NCBI GenBank assembly: GCA_030141605.1
Contig: JAQGDQ010000014.1
Span: forward strand, 558,001-622,000
DNA: 64,000 bases
Origin: Tubiluchus corallicola
Taxonomy: Eukaryota; Animalia; Priapulida
Reading direction: 5' to 3'
Shown here: positions 63,796 through 64,000 of the stretch, one piece after another
Numbering within the stretch: the first letter of the stretch is position 1
How the letters are laid out: each line of letters opens with the position of its first letter
Program-made: the position numbers and the translations under genes
The notes under the pieces: model-generated
Told to the model about the DNA's origin: nothing
The model's input: the letters and a program-made list of their open reading frames with translations, nothing else
The model's database searches: none

Positions 63796-64000
63796 TTATA
63801 AAGCAATCATTCTGAAGTCTAACCAGAGTTGGGTAATGTCAGTGATAATGCACAGTGGCATCTGGGAACGTCCAAAGAATTACACAGCCCAAGAGTTTTG
63901 ATAAACTGTTTTCCTTGCTGGCAGCAAAACTTGTCTGTGTCGGAAAAGGGTTACACTCACGAACAGTGAATCGTCGAGAAGTAATGGCGCATTTAAAACA

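Noticed and set aside
57516-64000. Candidate upstream NHE exons (donors near 59268, 61899, 62223, 63960)
   Set aside because: None encodes the expected ..AVDPVA segment; the frames contain stops or unrelated sequence.

Overview
AT-rich, intron- and repeat-dominated animal DNA, probably a lophotrochozoan-type invertebrate (inferred from the protein and repeat style, not proven). Most ORFs in the supplied track are spurious. Two genes were assembled by hand, both on the minus strand. (1) The 3' 13 exons (57515 to 36037, 717 codons plus stop, GT-AG, consistent phases) of a plasma-membrane Na+/H+ exchanger (SLC9A/NHE); its 5' exons were not found and probably lie beyond 64000. (2) The first coding exon (31108 to 30645) of an N-acylated globin X-like gene, ending at the conserved B12.2 intron; no later globin exon was found in the remaining 30.6 kb. 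The rest is transposon material: an internally deleted Buster/Charlie hAT, decayed LINE fragments, MITEs and foldbacks, tRNA-derived repeats and microsatellites. The most notable non-obvious signal is a set of minimal type I hammerhead ribozyme motifs of Penelope pseudo-LTR style, arranged as long inverted repeats inside the genes' introns. One has a U3:A8 covariant core. In each pair the arm reading in the host sense is the more damaged one.
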